A stretch of 64,000 bases of DNA from Candidatus Eiseniibacteriota bacterium (GTDB taxonomy: Bacteria; Eisenbacteria; RBG-16-71-46). A program made the translations under genes and the position numbers. How positions within the stretch are numbered: the stretch's first letter is position 1; every line of letters starts with the position of its first letter. Under the pieces are notes generated by a model. The model worked only from the letters and a program-made list of their open reading frames with translations, did no database searches and was not told where the DNA came from. The stretch is taken from the NCBI GenBank assembly GCA_963744995.1, contig CAVUWA010000010.1, positions 480,001-544,000 on the forward strand, given 5' to 3'. This document shows, one piece after another, positions 42,328 through 52,605 of the stretch.

Positions 42328-42614
42328 GACGGCTTCGCAGGGGGTGGAAACGGCGCTGCCCCCGGGCCGGTCGCCCGGGCGTGGTGTTGCGCAGTCTAGA
42401 GGACGCGGTCCGCGACCGGAAACCCGAACGCGCAGGCCCGGTCTGCGCGGACGCCGCGCCGCATCTGACGATGTCCTGACACACCCTCCGCGTCCGTTCG
42501 GCCGTGGTAATCTCCGGCCCGACTGCCGCATCTCAAGGCGTGACCGTGGCGGACCCCGGGCCACCGGAAGCGGGCCCGGAGGTGCGTCTGCAGCACCCTC
42601 CCAAGGAGAATCCG

Positions 42615-43310
42615 ATGCCGTTCCTGTTCTTCGACCCGACCTTCATCCTGCTGATCCCGGCGATGATCTTCGCCTTCTGGGCGCAGTGGAAGGTGCAGCA
42701 CACCTACGCCCAGATGTCGAAGGTGCGCGCTTCGAACGGGATGACCGGCCAGAGCGTCGCGCGCGCGATCATGACCCAGAACGGCGTGACCGACGTGAAG
42801 ATCGAGGCCGTGGGCGGGACCCTCAGCGACCACTACGACCCGCGCGTGAAGTCGGTGCGCCTCTCGCAGCCGATCTACGCCGGCGATTCGATCGCGTCGG
42901 TGGCGGTGGCGGCGCACGAGGTCGGGCACGTGCTGCAGCACGCGCAGGGCTATTTCCCGCTGCAGATCCGCAGCACGCTGGCGCCGGTCGCCGGTTTCGG
43001 CAGCATGCTGGCATTCCCGCTGTTCTTCATCGGCTTCATCTTCGCCAGTCCGCAGCTCTCGTGGCTGATGGACCTCGGCATCATGTTCTTCACCGGCGCG
43101 GTGATCTTCCATCTGGTCACCCTTCCGGTGGAATTCGACGCTTCGAAACGCGCGCTCGTCCAGCTCACCCAGGGCGGCACGCTGGGTCCCGAAGAGGTCG
43201 GCAAGGCCAAGAAAGTGCTCGATGCGGCGGCGCTGACGTACGTTGCGGCCGCGGCCATGGCGGCGCTTCAGCTGCTGCGACTGATCGTCCTTCGCAACGC
43301 CCGGGACTGA
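42615..43310 (+). CDS. YugP-like membrane zinc metallopeptidase
   Basis: LSDHYDP, AAHEVGH, TLPVEFDAS, AAALTYVA; AAGGAG RBS. Confidence 0.9.
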   Translation: MPFLFFDPTFILLIPAMIFAFWAQWKVQHTYAQMSKVRASNGMTGQSVARAIMTQNGVTDVKIEAVGGTLSDHYDPRVKSVRLSQPIYAGDSIASVAVAAHEVGHVLQHAQGYFPLQIRSTLAPVAGFGSMLAFPLFFIGFIFASPQLSWLMDLGIMFFTGAVIFHLVTLPVEFDASKRALVQLTQGGTLGPEEVGKAKKVLDAAALTYVAAAAMAALQLLRLIVLRNARD

Positions 43311-43334
43311 TCGGACTCGGGCGGCACAGAACGA

Positions 43335-43362
43335 AACGGGGTGAGCTTCGGCTCACCCCGTT
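43335..43362. terminator. Probable bidirectional terminator between convergent genes
   Basis: Perfect 12-bp stem AACGGGGTGAGC-TTCG-GCTCACCCCGTT with a cUUCGg loop. Confidence 0.8.
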
Positions 43363-43398
43363 ACTCTTTCAGGACTTGCGGCGCCGGAGCGCGGCCGG

Positions 43399-43677
43399 TC
43401 AGCTCTGCGCGACCATGTCCTTCAGTTCTTTCGACACCTTGAACACCGGAACTTTGCGCGGTGGCACCGGGACGGCTTCACCGGTGCGCGGATTACGGGC
43501 GATCCGCGACTTGCGGTCCTTCACTCGGAACGTCCCGAAGCCGCGGATCTCGATGTGGTGACCGTCTTTCAGCGCGCGAGCCACGGCCGAGAGGAAATGA
43601 TCCACGGTCTCGGCGACATCCTTCTTGGTAAGACCGGTCCGTTCGGCAATCTGATCCACGATATCGGCCTTCGTCAT
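43399..43677 (-). CDS. hup: HU/IHF family DNA-binding protein
   Basis: MTKADIV...IEIRGFGTF...ARNPRTGE...FKVSKELK. Confidence 0.93.
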   Translation of the reverse strand: MTKADIVDQIAERTGLTKKDVAETVDHFLSAVARALKDGHHIEIRGFGTFRVKDRKSRIARNPRTGEAVPVPPRKVPVFKVSKELKDMVAQS

Positions 43678-43745
43678 CTCGCCCTCCTCGCCCCGACCCT
43701 GTCCGGGGCGGCAGCCCCGCCGGCAGGCATAGCGAACTGATCGGC

Positions 43746-43775
43746 AGGCTAGCAAGCTGGGGGAAAACCTGTCAA
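43746..43775 (-). promoter_or_regulatory. Sigma70-type promoter of the HU gene
   Basis: TTGACA-18 bp-TAGCCT with TG at the extended -10 position; same -10 hexamer as at 30691. Confidence 0.55.
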
Positions 43776-43803
43776 TCAGTTTTTGGACAAGGCGTTGCGC
43801 GAT

Positions 43804-44790
43804 TCAGTCCGAGCCGGCCCCCGGCCCGGTGCCAGCGCCCGGCGCCGCTCCGGTGGGCCCGCCCAGCGCCCGGCGCCGCGCGGCCTCGATCGGGTGAGCC
43901 GCGCCGGCCGCCACGGCACGGTCCAGCGCCGGCCGGCCGCGGGCGGATTCCGCCAGCCATTCCCGGGCGAAAGCGCCGCTCCGGACCTCGTCGAGAATCT
44001 CCTCCATCGCCCGGCGGGCGGCCGGCCCGATCACCCGCGGGCCGCGGGTCAGGTCGCCGTAGAGCGCGGTGCCGCTGATCGCCTTGCGGAACCCGGCCAC
44101 CCCGCGCTCGTGCAGCAGGTCGGCGAGATACTTCACCTGGTGCACGCACTCGAGATAGGCGACTTCGGGCGAATAGCCGCGGCCGACCAGCGTATCGAAC
44201 GCGGCCGTCACGAGCGCGTTGAGCCCGCCGCACAGCACGGTCTGCTCGCCGAACAGATCGATCTCGGTCTCTTCGCGCACGGTGGTATCCACGAGCGGAG
44301 CGCAGCCGACGTGCCGCGCATAGTCGTGCGCCACCTCGCGCGCGCGCCCGGTGGCGTCCTGGTGCACGGCGATGTAGGCGGGCAGCGTGGCGCCGGATTC
44401 GCGCACCCGGCGGAACGCGGGGCCGGGCCCGGTCGGCGATACCAGCACGACATCCAGCCCCTCCGGAAAGTCGAGGTTCCCGTAGAGCAGATTGAAGCCA
44501 TGGGCGAACACCAGCGCCGCCCCGGGCGCGAACGCCGGTCGGAGCCCGGGCCAGGCGCCGCCGACCGCCTCGTCCGGGATCAGCATGGCGCTCGCCCGCG
44601 CACGGCGCACGGCGTCCGCTGGGGCGAGCGTGGTGAAACCCAGCGCCCGGGCGCGCGCCTCGGACGGCCCGCCCGGGCGGGCGCCCACCAGCACCACGAG
44701 CCCCGAGTCGCGCAGGTTCTGCGCCTGTGCGGCTCCCTGACTGCCGAACCCCAGTACCGCGACGGTCGCGCGGTCGAGCGGTGCGTTCAC
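43804..44790 (-). CDS. ilvC: Ketol-acid reductoisomerase
   Basis: GFGSQG..QAQNLRDSG, FAHGFN, ETEIDLFGEQTVLCGG, AYLEC, ISGTALYG. Confidence 0.92.
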   Translation of the reverse strand: MNAPLDRATVAVLGFGSQGAAQAQNLRDSGLVVLVGARPGGPSEARARALGFTTLAPADAVRRARASAMLIPDEAVGGAWPGLRPAFAPGAALVFAHGFNLLYGNLDFPEGLDVVLVSPTGPGPAFRRVRESGATLPAYIAVHQDATGRAREVAHDYARHVGCAPLVDTTVREETEIDLFGEQTVLCGGLNALVTAAFDTLVGRGYSPEVAYLECVHQVKYLADLLHERGVAGFRKAISGTALYGDLTRGPRVIGPAARRAMEEILDEVRSGAFAREWLAESARGRPALDRAVAAGAAHPIEAARRRALGGPTGAAPGAGTGPGAGSD

Positions 44791-44884
44791 GGTCGCCTCC
44801 ACGGCCGCCCGCGGCGCCGGCGGCGGCCCGATACGCGGACGCCGCGCCAGGGAATCCCCGTGCGCGGCGTCCGGAAGAGCGCGG

Positions 44885-46327
44885 TTACTTGCTCTCGGCC
44901 GTGGCGTACTTCGAAGCGGCGCTCCAGTCGGACTTGACCTGCAGCGCACCGCCCTTGAAGTGGAAGGCCACGTTCTTGCCCCAGTAGAACCAGCTCTCGT
45001 ACTTCTCGCCGTCGGCCTCCCACGGGATCACCTCGTCGGGCGCGCCCATGCTGGCGAAGGTCTTGCCGGCGTTGCTGGTCTTGGTTGCCGCGCCCGCCTG
45101 TGCCGCCGGGTCCGCGACCGGCTTCCCCTTGCTCAGCGCGAGGTAGACCATGAGCTCTTCGGTGGCCTTCTCGTTGTCGTTGGCCTTGGTGTAGACCGCG
45201 CCCAGCTGCCGGTGGATCGTCGGCTCCTTCGGCTTCCTGGCCAGCGCCTTGAGCAGCGCCTCGACCGCCTCCTGCGTCTTGCCGACCTCCGAGAGCGTCG
45301 CGGCGTAGGCGGTCAGCGCGTCGATGTCGTCAGGTCGTTTGCTGAGCGTCTTCTCCCACTGACCGACCGCGTCCTGCCAGTCCCCGGCGTTCTGATAGGC
45401 GAGCGCCGCGTTGAACGACAGATCGGCGTCGCCGCCGCGCAGCTCCGCGGCCTTCGCGTAGGCGCCGGCGGCCTCCTTGAAAGCGGCCTTGCGGGCGTCG
45501 CTCTCGAGCGTCTGCGCACGGCGGAAGCGCGCGTCCGCCTCGCCCAGGTAGAGGTCCGGATCGTTCGGCGAGGTCTTGATCAGGTCGGCGAAGTAGCCGA
45601 TCGCCTCGTCGTACTTCTTCGCGTCGATCAGCTTGTTCGCGTACTGGGTCCTGACGCCCTTCAGCGACTGCGCGAGGTTCGAGTCCGCCGGCGCCGCCTC
45701 GAGGCCCTTCTGGAACACCTTCGCCGCTTCTTCGTAGCGCCCCATGAGCGCGTAGGCGATGCCGAGGTTGCGGGCGGTCAGCGGGTCGGCCGGCTTGAGG
45801 TCCGCCGCGTGCTGCAGCGACTGGATCGCGGCCTCGTAGTTCTTGCCCGCCTCGGCCTTCAGCGACTTCTCGCTGTCGTCCGCAGGTTCCTTCTCGTAGG
45901 GGTCGAACAGCTCGCGCGCGGTGTTGATGCTGCCGATCCCGGAGTTGAAGGCGTTGGCCCAGTAGGACTCGCGGTTGTTCTTCACCCACTCGACCTTCTT
46001 CTTGTCGCCCTTGGCGGTGAGCCCGTCGATGGCCTTCTGGAAGGCGACGCCGGCCTTCTCGAAATCGCCGATCTCGGCGTACGCCCACCCCAGATATCCG
46101 ACCGCCTCGAAGTCCTCGGCGTCCTCGCTCGAACAGATCTCGAGCTGAGCGACCGCCTTGTGCATCTGGCGCTCGTAGTCCTCCATGTTGCCCTTGTCCT
46201 TGTCCTTCATTCCGTTGACGACGTACTGGATCCCGCCCGCGCAGTGCGGATTGCGGGCGAACGCCGTTCCGGCCGGAATGATGAGACACAGCGCAGCGGC
46301 ACCCATGGTGATGATGCGCAGCTTCAT
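44885..46327 (-). CDS. Secreted tetratricopeptide repeat protein
   Basis: Signal peptide; multiple TPR units (e.g. NLGIAYALMGRYEEAAKVFQKGL); short beta-rich C-terminal domain. Confidence 0.85.
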   Translation of the reverse strand: MKLRIITMGAAALCLIIPAGTAFARNPHCAGGIQYVVNGMKDKDKGNMEDYERQMHKAVAQLEICSSEDAEDFEAVGYLGWAYAEIGDFEKAGVAFQKAIDGLTAKGDKKKVEWVKNNRESYWANAFNSGIGSINTARELFDPYEKEPADDSEKSLKAEAGKNYEAAIQSLQHAADLKPADPLTARNLGIAYALMGRYEEAAKVFQKGLEAAPADSNLAQSLKGVRTQYANKLIDAKKYDEAIGYFADLIKTSPNDPDLYLGEADARFRRAQTLESDARKAAFKEAAGAYAKAAELRGGDADLSFNAALAYQNAGDWQDAVGQWEKTLSKRPDDIDALTAYAATLSEVGKTQEAVEALLKALARKPKEPTIHRQLGAVYTKANDNEKATEELMVYLALSKGKPVADPAAQAGAATKTSNAGKTFASMGAPDEVIPWEADGEKYESWFYWGKNVAFHFKGGALQVKSDWSAASKYATAESK

Positions 46328-46339
46328 GGGAAACCTCCT

Positions 46340-47071
46340 CTAGGTCAGGCGGTTGCCGTTGACCATGAGACCGAACGTCGTCCCCAGGTACTTGGCCGCC
46401 TTCCGAGACGCCAGCATGCGGGTCATGAAGATCTCGAAGTACTCCATGACCTGCGAGATGCCGGTGTCGATCGTCAGCTCCAGCGTGATCTGCTTCTGCG
46501 TTTCATCCACGTTCAGGAAGCTCTTCTCCACCGCGTAATTCACCCGGTCGTGGATGTCGAAATTGATCATGTCCGGGTTGCGCACGCGGGTGCGGTGCAC
46601 GTCGCTCTTGTCGGCGAGGATCACCGCCGCCGCAACCGGGCTCACCGGGTCGCCGTCGTTCTCGTGATGGTTGCCGATGGCGCCCATGATCCGGACCAGT
46701 TCTTCGTCCGGTATCTTCATTTCCGTCAGCAGCTGCATGGACATCACCGCCCCGGTCTGCGCGTGCTGCTCGCGATTCACGCAGTTGCCGATGTCGTGCA
46801 GGTAGCCGGCGATCGCCGCCAGCTCGGCCTCGCGCTCCGGGTAGCCGAGCCGCTTGAGCGTGTTGTAGGCGATGTGGGCGACGAGGCCGACGTGGCGCTC
46901 GCCATGTTCGGTGTAGCCGATCTCGGCCAGCGCCTCGTCCGCCGTTCGCACGAAGAACTTGACCCGCGGATGGGCGCGCACCGATTCGAAGGTGACCAGG
47001 TGCGCCGGGCCGTCCATGCGCGGCGTGGCGGCCGTCGTAACGAGCGGATTCGTGTCGGGTCGTTGGGTCAT
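46340..47071 (-). CDS. HD-domain metal-dependent phosphohydrolase
   Basis: TEHGERH...LHDIGN...NHHE...LADKSDVH. Confidence 0.88.
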   Translation of the reverse strand: MTQRPDTNPLVTTAATPRMDGPAHLVTFESVRAHPRVKFFVRTADEALAEIGYTEHGERHVGLVAHIAYNTLKRLGYPEREAELAAIAGYLHDIGNCVNREQHAQTGAVMSMQLLTEMKIPDEELVRIMGAIGNHHENDGDPVSPVAAAVILADKSDVHRTRVRNPDMINFDIHDRVNYAVEKSFLNVDETQKQITLELTIDTGISQVMEYFEIFMTRMLASRKAAKYLGTTFGLMVNGNRLT

Positions 47072-47136
47072 GGGACTCTCGATGGGTCCAGATAGCGGGA
47101 AGGATGCCAGCGTGCCAGCCCGGGGAGAGGCTTGGC

Positions 47137-47166
47137 AATCTAGGCTTGCAAATGACGATACGTCAA
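47137..47166 (-). promoter_or_regulatory. Candidate sigma70 promoter for HD-TPR-ilvC
   Basis: TTGACG-18 bp-TAGATT; TGACG-N3-CGTCA inverted repeat over the -35 box. Confidence 0.4.
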
Positions 47167-47248
47167 GACGTCCGGGGATCTTCCCGGCGCGCGGAGCAGG
47201 TTGACGAAGCGCGGACTTGCGGCACATCCGCCGCACCGCTGTCGCCAT

Positions 47249-49243
47249 TCAGAGCACATCCACCGGGTCCACGTCCACGATCACCTTCACGCTGCGCGGG
47301 CCCGGCTCACGGGCGGCGGCGTCGAGGGCCTGCTGTGCCGTGCTCCTGAGCCTGCGGGCGTCGCCGCCCTTGAGCAGCACGTGCCAGCGGTGGCGGCCGC
47401 GCAGGCGCGCGAGCGCCTGGGGGGCGGGACCGAGGACCGTGACGTCGTCCCCGGCGACCTCGCGCGCCGCCGCCGCGTGGGCCTCCGCGATCCGCTCGAC
47501 CGCGTGCTCCTCCTTCCCGGAGAACAGCAGCGACAGCAGCCGCGCGTACGGCGGGTAGCCGGCGTCGCGGCGCTGGGCGAGCTCGTGATCGAGAAAACGC
47601 TTCACGTCGCCGAGCACCGCGGCCGCGACCGCGGGGTGATCCGGCGTGCAGGACTGCACCAGCACCTCACCGGGGCGCCGCCCGCGCCCGGCGCGGCCGC
47701 TCACCTGCACGAGCAGCTGCCAGGTGCGCTCGGCCGCGCGGAAGTCCGGCAGGTGCAGCGCCACGTCCGCGTCCAGCACGCCGACCAGCGTGACGTTCGC
47801 GAAGTCCAGGCCCTTGGCGATCATCTGCGTGCCGACCAGGACATCCGCGCGACCCTCCGCGAAGTCCCGCAGCACTTCGGCGGACCTGCCGCGGGCACGC
47901 GCGACGTCGGTGTCGAGGCGCAGCACCCGCGCCTGCGGGAACGCCTGCACGAGCTCGCGTTCGACGCGCTGGGTTCCCGCGCCGCCGAAGCGCAGCAGGG
48001 CGGCGCCGCACACGGGGCATTCAGCGCTCGCCGGCTGGCGGTGGTCGCAGTAGTGGCAGCGCCACTCGTGCGGCGCGAGGTGCAGCGTGAGCGTGATGTC
48101 GCAGTGCGGGCATTCGGGCACGAACCCGCACTGCCGGCACTGGGTGTAGTGCGAGTGGCCGCGCCGGTTGAGGAACAGCATCGCCTGCTCGCCCTTTGCG
48201 AGGCGCGCCCCGATCGCGGCCCGGAGCGGTCGCGAGAGCAGCGTGCCGGTGCCCTCGCGGCGCAGGTCCACGATGTCCACGGTCGGCATCGCCCGACCGT
48301 CCACGCGGTGCGCCAGCACCAGGCGTGCGTATTTGCCGCGCGCGGCGTTGGCGAGCGACTCGAGGCTCGGCGTCGCCGAGCCGAGCACCACCGGAATTCC
48401 GAGCATCTGCGCGCGCCGGACGGCGGTGTCGCGCCCGTGGTAGCGCAGCTGCTCGCTCTGCTTGTAGGCGGGCTCGTGCTCCTCGTCGACGACGATCAGG
48501 GCGAGCTTCGGCAGCGGCGCGAAGATCGCCGAGCGCGCGCCCACCACCACGTCCAGCGCGCCGCGGCTCGCCAGCTCCCAGTTGCGGCGCCGCTCGCCCA
48601 CCCCGAGGTAGGAGTGCAGCACGCCGACGCGACCGCCGAAGCGGCGCCGGAACGTCTCCACCACCTGTGAACCGAGCGCCACCTCGGGCACCAGCACCAG
48701 CGTCTGGCCCCCCGCTTCACGCGCCGCGCCCGCCGCACGCAGGTAGACTTCCGTCTTGCCGCTGCCCGTGACCCCGTGCAGCAGGATCGGCGCGAAACGC
48801 CGCGCGCGCACCGCGTTCTCGACCTCCCCGGCCGCCGCCTTCTGTTCGGCGGTGAGCGTGATGCGCTCCGGCAGCGCCATGCGAACGACGGGATCCTCGG
48901 CCGCGCTCCTGCGCGCGCGGCTCCCCGCGAACCCTTCGAGGCCGCCCGGCAGGGCGGAAGCCAGCACCTCCCCCGGCGGCGCCATGTAGTAGTCGGCGAT
49001 CCAGCTCGCGAGGGCCATCAGGTGCGGCGAGAACAGCGGCGCGCCGAGCACGTCGGCGATCTCGTGCACGCGTTCGAGCGCGGTCGTCGTCACGCGCTCG
49101 ACGAGGAACCCGCGCACCTTGCGGCCGCGGAACGGCACCACCACCTGAGCGCCCGGCCGCGCCCGGCCCTCGAGCGCTTCCGGCACGCGATACGTGAAGG
49201 TCTGGCGAACGGGCAACGGCAGCGCGACGAGCGCGAAGGGCAT
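47249..49243 (-). CDS. priA: Primosomal protein N'
   Basis: GVTGSGKTEVY, VDEEHE, GSATPS, LNRRG, four CxxC pairs, GTQMIAKGLDF, QVSGRAGR. Confidence 0.97.
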   Translation of the reverse strand: MPFALVALPLPVRQTFTYRVPEALEGRARPGAQVVVPFRGRKVRGFLVERVTTTALERVHEIADVLGAPLFSPHLMALASWIADYYMAPPGEVLASALPGGLEGFAGSRARRSAAEDPVVRMALPERITLTAEQKAAAGEVENAVRARRFAPILLHGVTGSGKTEVYLRAAGAAREAGGQTLVLVPEVALGSQVVETFRRRFGGRVGVLHSYLGVGERRRNWELASRGALDVVVGARSAIFAPLPKLALIVVDEEHEPAYKQSEQLRYHGRDTAVRRAQMLGIPVVLGSATPSLESLANAARGKYARLVLAHRVDGRAMPTVDIVDLRREGTGTLLSRPLRAAIGARLAKGEQAMLFLNRRGHSHYTQCRQCGFVPECPHCDITLTLHLAPHEWRCHYCDHRQPASAECPVCGAALLRFGGAGTQRVERELVQAFPQARVLRLDTDVARARGRSAEVLRDFAEGRADVLVGTQMIAKGLDFANVTLVGVLDADVALHLPDFRAAERTWQLLVQVSGRAGRGRRPGEVLVQSCTPDHPAVAAAVLGDVKRFLDHELAQRRDAGYPPYARLLSLLFSGKEEHAVERIAEAHAAAAREVAGDDVTVLGPAPQALARLRGRHRWHVLLKGGDARRLRSTAQQALDAAAREPGPRSVKVIVDVDPVDVL

Positions 49244-49492
49244 GGGAAGGTCGTTCGGAATCGGGAGTCGAGCGGGGTTTCACGCCGGGAGCCGGCGGGC
49301 CATGGGGCCGTCCGCACTGTGGGGCGGTTGATCTCCGAGGGCAAGCCGGAAGGAGGACGGGCCGGCCGGGGGCGGCGGGCGGTCGCAGCACTGGCGCGCG
49401 ACCGCGCGATCGGCAGAGTCGTGGCGCGCGACCCCGTTCAGGTCGGGCGCCGGACTCGCAGCGCGGCCGGCGGCCGCCTGCGCACCGGCGCC

Positions 49493-49888
49493 CTACGCCT
49501 GCATGCGCTGCTGGCTCGACTGGCCCAGAATCGCGTTGATCCGCTCGACGAGCTTGCGGGGGCTGAACGGCTTGGTGATGTAGTCGTCGGCACCGACCTC
49601 GAACCCGATCTTCTGGTCGACGTTGCGTCCCTTCGCCGACAGGAGGATGACCGGGATACCCTTGGTGGTCTCGTCCGACTTGAGCATCTTGCAGGTCTCG
49701 TAGCCGTCGAGCTTCGGCATCATGATGTCGAGCACGATGAGGTCGGGGCGTTCGGCTCTGGCCTTCTCGACCGCCTGCTCGCCGTCGAGCGCCGTGAGGA
49801 CTTCGTAGCCCTCCATGCCGAGACTGAAGTCGAGGATGTGGACGATGTAGATCTCGTCATCCACGACCAGGATCTTGCCTTTCGCCAT
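49493..49888 (-). CDS. Single-domain response regulator (REC)
   Basis: KILVVDDE, LDIMMP, LSAK, DYITKPF; GGAGGTG RBS. Confidence 0.93.
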   Translation of the reverse strand: MAKGKILVVDDEIYIVHILDFSLGMEGYEVLTALDGEQAVEKARAERPDLIVLDIMMPKLDGYETCKMLKSDETTKGIPVILLSAKGRNVDQKIGFEVGADDYITKPFSPRKLVERINAILGQSSQQRMQA

Positions 49889-49893
49889 GCGAT

Positions 49894-52605
49894 TCACCTC
49901 CCGTCCGTCGAGGCGGCGCGCGACTTCCGGTCGGCCCGCCGCGATGCGTCTTCCTTCGCCATGGCCGCCAGCATGCGCGCAAACGCATCGACGACCGCCG
50001 GGTCGAACTGCTGCGCCTTGAGGCGGTGCAGCTCGTCCAATGCCTCTTCCCTGGACACCGCGGCCCGGTGCGGGCGGCCGACGGTCATGCTCTCCCATGC
50101 GTCCACCACGGCCAGGATGCGGCCACCGATCGGGATGGCTTCACCGGCGAGCCCGCGGGGGTAGCCGCTGCCGTCCCACCACTCGTGGTGCGACAGGACG
50201 ACGTCGCGCACCACGCCCATGGCTTCGAGCGGACGCAGCAGTTCGGCGCTGAACTCGGGGTGCCGCTCGACGGCTTCGCGGGTGCGATCGTCCAGCGTCC
50301 CACCCGTACCGACCAGGTCCTCCCCGACGCGGTTCATGCCCACGTCGTGGATGCTCGCCGCGAAGCTGATCACGCCGACTTCCGATTCTTCGAGCTGCAG
50401 CTCGCGCGCCAGTGCGCGCGCGAGGCGCACGCGATCCGGCGCGTGGCGGCGGCCGCGTTCCATGTGCAGCAGCACCTGACGCATGGCATTGGCGGTGCCT
50501 TCGACGCCCAGCTGGGTCGCTTCCATCGACAGCGCCTGCTCCCACGCCCGCGACACGCGATCGGCCAGATGCAGCAGCAGGTGACAGTCTTCGGCGTTGA
50601 ACGGCGCCTCGCTCGCCGGATCGGTGACGCTGAGCACGCCGATCAGGCCGTCGCGGCCCTCGAGCGGCACCGACAGGAATGTGCCGCTGCGATACTGATC
50701 GCGGCCCGACGCCCATGCTTCGTCGCTCTCCGTCTCGCCCGACACGCACACCGGGCGGCGGTGGGTCGCGACCCAGCCGGCGACGCCCTCGCCCTGCTGG
50801 ATCCGGGTCTGGCGCACGACGTGCTCGTCGAGGCCGATCGCCGCCTGGATCGCGAGCGAGCCGTCCGGTTCGGGCGCGAGCAGCGACACCACGCGCGCGT
50901 TCATCACTTCGGACACCATCTCGAGCGCGAGGCGCAGCACGTCCTCCGAAGCGGCGTGCCGCTTCGGATTCGGGCGCAGCGCGACCCGCGGCCCCGTCCG
51001 GCGCGGCATGACGACCGTGAAGCGCGATCCATTGCCCTGCCTGCTCTCCGCGAAGATCCGGCCGCCGTGCCAGTCCACGATGGACTTGCAGATGGCGAGT
51101 CCGAGCCCGGTGCCGCCGTAGCGGCGCACCAGCGAGGAGTCGACCTGATAGAAACGCTCGAACACGCGCTCCAGGGACTCCTCGGGAATCCCGATGCCGG
51201 TGTCCTCGACCTGCAGCGTGATCTCCCGGGCGTCGCCCGTCAGGCGCAGCGTCACGCGTCCCCCCGCTGGTGTGAATTTGACCGCGTTGCTGCCGAGATG
51301 CAGCGCAAGCTGCCGCATCTGGTCGCGATCCGCGTCCACTCGGGTATCGGCCGCCTCCAGCATCACCTTGAGGTCCACCTGGCCGGCCTGCGCCACCGGG
51401 GCCAGCAGGCGCCCGGTCTCCTCGACGATCTCGGCCATGTCCACGGGCTGGCGCAACATGCGCATCGCGCCCGAATCGAACCGGTTGAGGTCCAGAACCG
51501 ACTCGATCAGCCGGGTGAGCCGCTGGCTCTCCTCGCTGATGATCGACAGGAAGCGCTGCAGCTGCTCCGGCGGCAGATCGCCCTCGCGCGCCGCCATCAG
51601 CGTGTCGACGTAGGCGCGGATCGCGGTCAGGGGCGTGCGCAACTCGTGCGACACCGCCGAGACGAAATTCGATTTGAGCGCGTGCATCTCCTGCATGCGC
51701 TGGTTGGCGTCTTCCAGCTCGCGGCTGTGCTCCTCGAGCTCGCGATACAACCGCGCGTTCTCGATCGCCACCACCGCGTGGTGCCCGAAGATCTCCAGCA
51801 GCTCGATCGACTCCCGGGACGGCACCATGCGATCGACCGGATCGTCCACCGAGAAGTACGCCTGCAACTCACCCTTGCGGTTGAAGAGCGGCACGATCAG
51901 CACGTCGTCTTCGTGCCACTCCCATTCCTCGCGCGGCCCGAGGGGCGCGCGGTAGCCGTTCGGCAGCTCCTTGCTGAACGAGTGCGCGTGGCTGATGAAG
52001 AACGACCGGCTCACCTTGAATTCGTCACGCAGCCACGAGAGGAACGTTTCGAGCTCCACGTCGTGGGCCTGCAGCTCCATCTGGGCCTGGGCGCTGATGC
52101 CCGCGAACGCACGCGCACGCAGGCGGCTGGTGCCCGGCTCGCGCAGGCGGATGAGCACCATGCCGAAGCCGAGGCTCTGCTTGATCGTGCTCGCCAGCGT
52201 CTCGAGCATGCTGTCCAGGTCGAGGTTCGAGCTGATCTTCGAGATGTTCTCGAGGATCTCGTGCAGCTTCTGCGCGCGCTTGCGGTTCTCCTCGACCTGA
52301 CTGAAGTACAGCCGGCCCAGGCGCTGGCGGGTCGAGACGAGATCCGCCACCTGGCGCTGCAGCTCGCCGACGTCCGACGTCGGCGGCGGGGCGAGGTCGC
52401 CGCCGAACGCATGCGCCGCCGGCGCGGCTGCGGCCGCGACCTCGGCTTCGGCGCGCTCGCGTTCGTGGAACGCCTCCACGCTCGCGCGCTCGCAGCGTGC
52501 CGTGGCCGGGGGACCGGCTTCCGCGTCCGGCTGCGTCCCGGGGTCGCGCGGAAGCGGCTGCGGGTCCTCCGCCGGCTCGTGCTTCTTCTTCCCGCGCTTC
52601 TTCAT
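49894..52605 (-). CDS. GAF-HisKA-HATPase-GAF-HD-GYP fusion protein
   Basis: ATG 52605 overlaps the upstream stop; SHELRTPL, SNAVKFT, DTGIGI, GGTGLGL; GAF (GEGVAGWV, SVPL); HDVG, HHEWWDGSGYP, RPH. Confidence 0.9.
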   Translation of the reverse strand: MKKRGKKKHEPAEDPQPLPRDPGTQPDAEAGPPATARCERASVEAFHERERAEAEVAAAAAPAAHAFGGDLAPPPTSDVGELQRQVADLVSTRQRLGRLYFSQVEENRKRAQKLHEILENISKISSNLDLDSMLETLASTIKQSLGFGMVLIRLREPGTSRLRARAFAGISAQAQMELQAHDVELETFLSWLRDEFKVSRSFFISHAHSFSKELPNGYRAPLGPREEWEWHEDDVLIVPLFNRKGELQAYFSVDDPVDRMVPSRESIELLEIFGHHAVVAIENARLYRELEEHSRELEDANQRMQEMHALKSNFVSAVSHELRTPLTAIRAYVDTLMAAREGDLPPEQLQRFLSIISEESQRLTRLIESVLDLNRFDSGAMRMLRQPVDMAEIVEETGRLLAPVAQAGQVDLKVMLEAADTRVDADRDQMRQLALHLGSNAVKFTPAGGRVTLRLTGDAREITLQVEDTGIGIPEESLERVFERFYQVDSSLVRRYGGTGLGLAICKSIVDWHGGRIFAESRQGNGSRFTVVMPRRTGPRVALRPNPKRHAASEDVLRLALEMVSEVMNARVVSLLAPEPDGSLAIQAAIGLDEHVVRQTRIQQGEGVAGWVATHRRPVCVSGETESDEAWASGRDQYRSGTFLSVPLEGRDGLIGVLSVTDPASEAPFNAEDCHLLLHLADRVSRAWEQALSMEATQLGVEGTANAMRQVLLHMERGRRHAPDRVRLARALARELQLEESEVGVISFAASIHDVGMNRVGEDLVGTGGTLDDRTREAVERHPEFSAELLRPLEAMGVVRDVVLSHHEWWDGSGYPRGLAGEAIPIGGRILAVVDAWESMTVGRPHRAAVSREEALDELHRLKAQQFDPAVVDAFARMLAAMAKEDASRRADRKSRAASTDGR

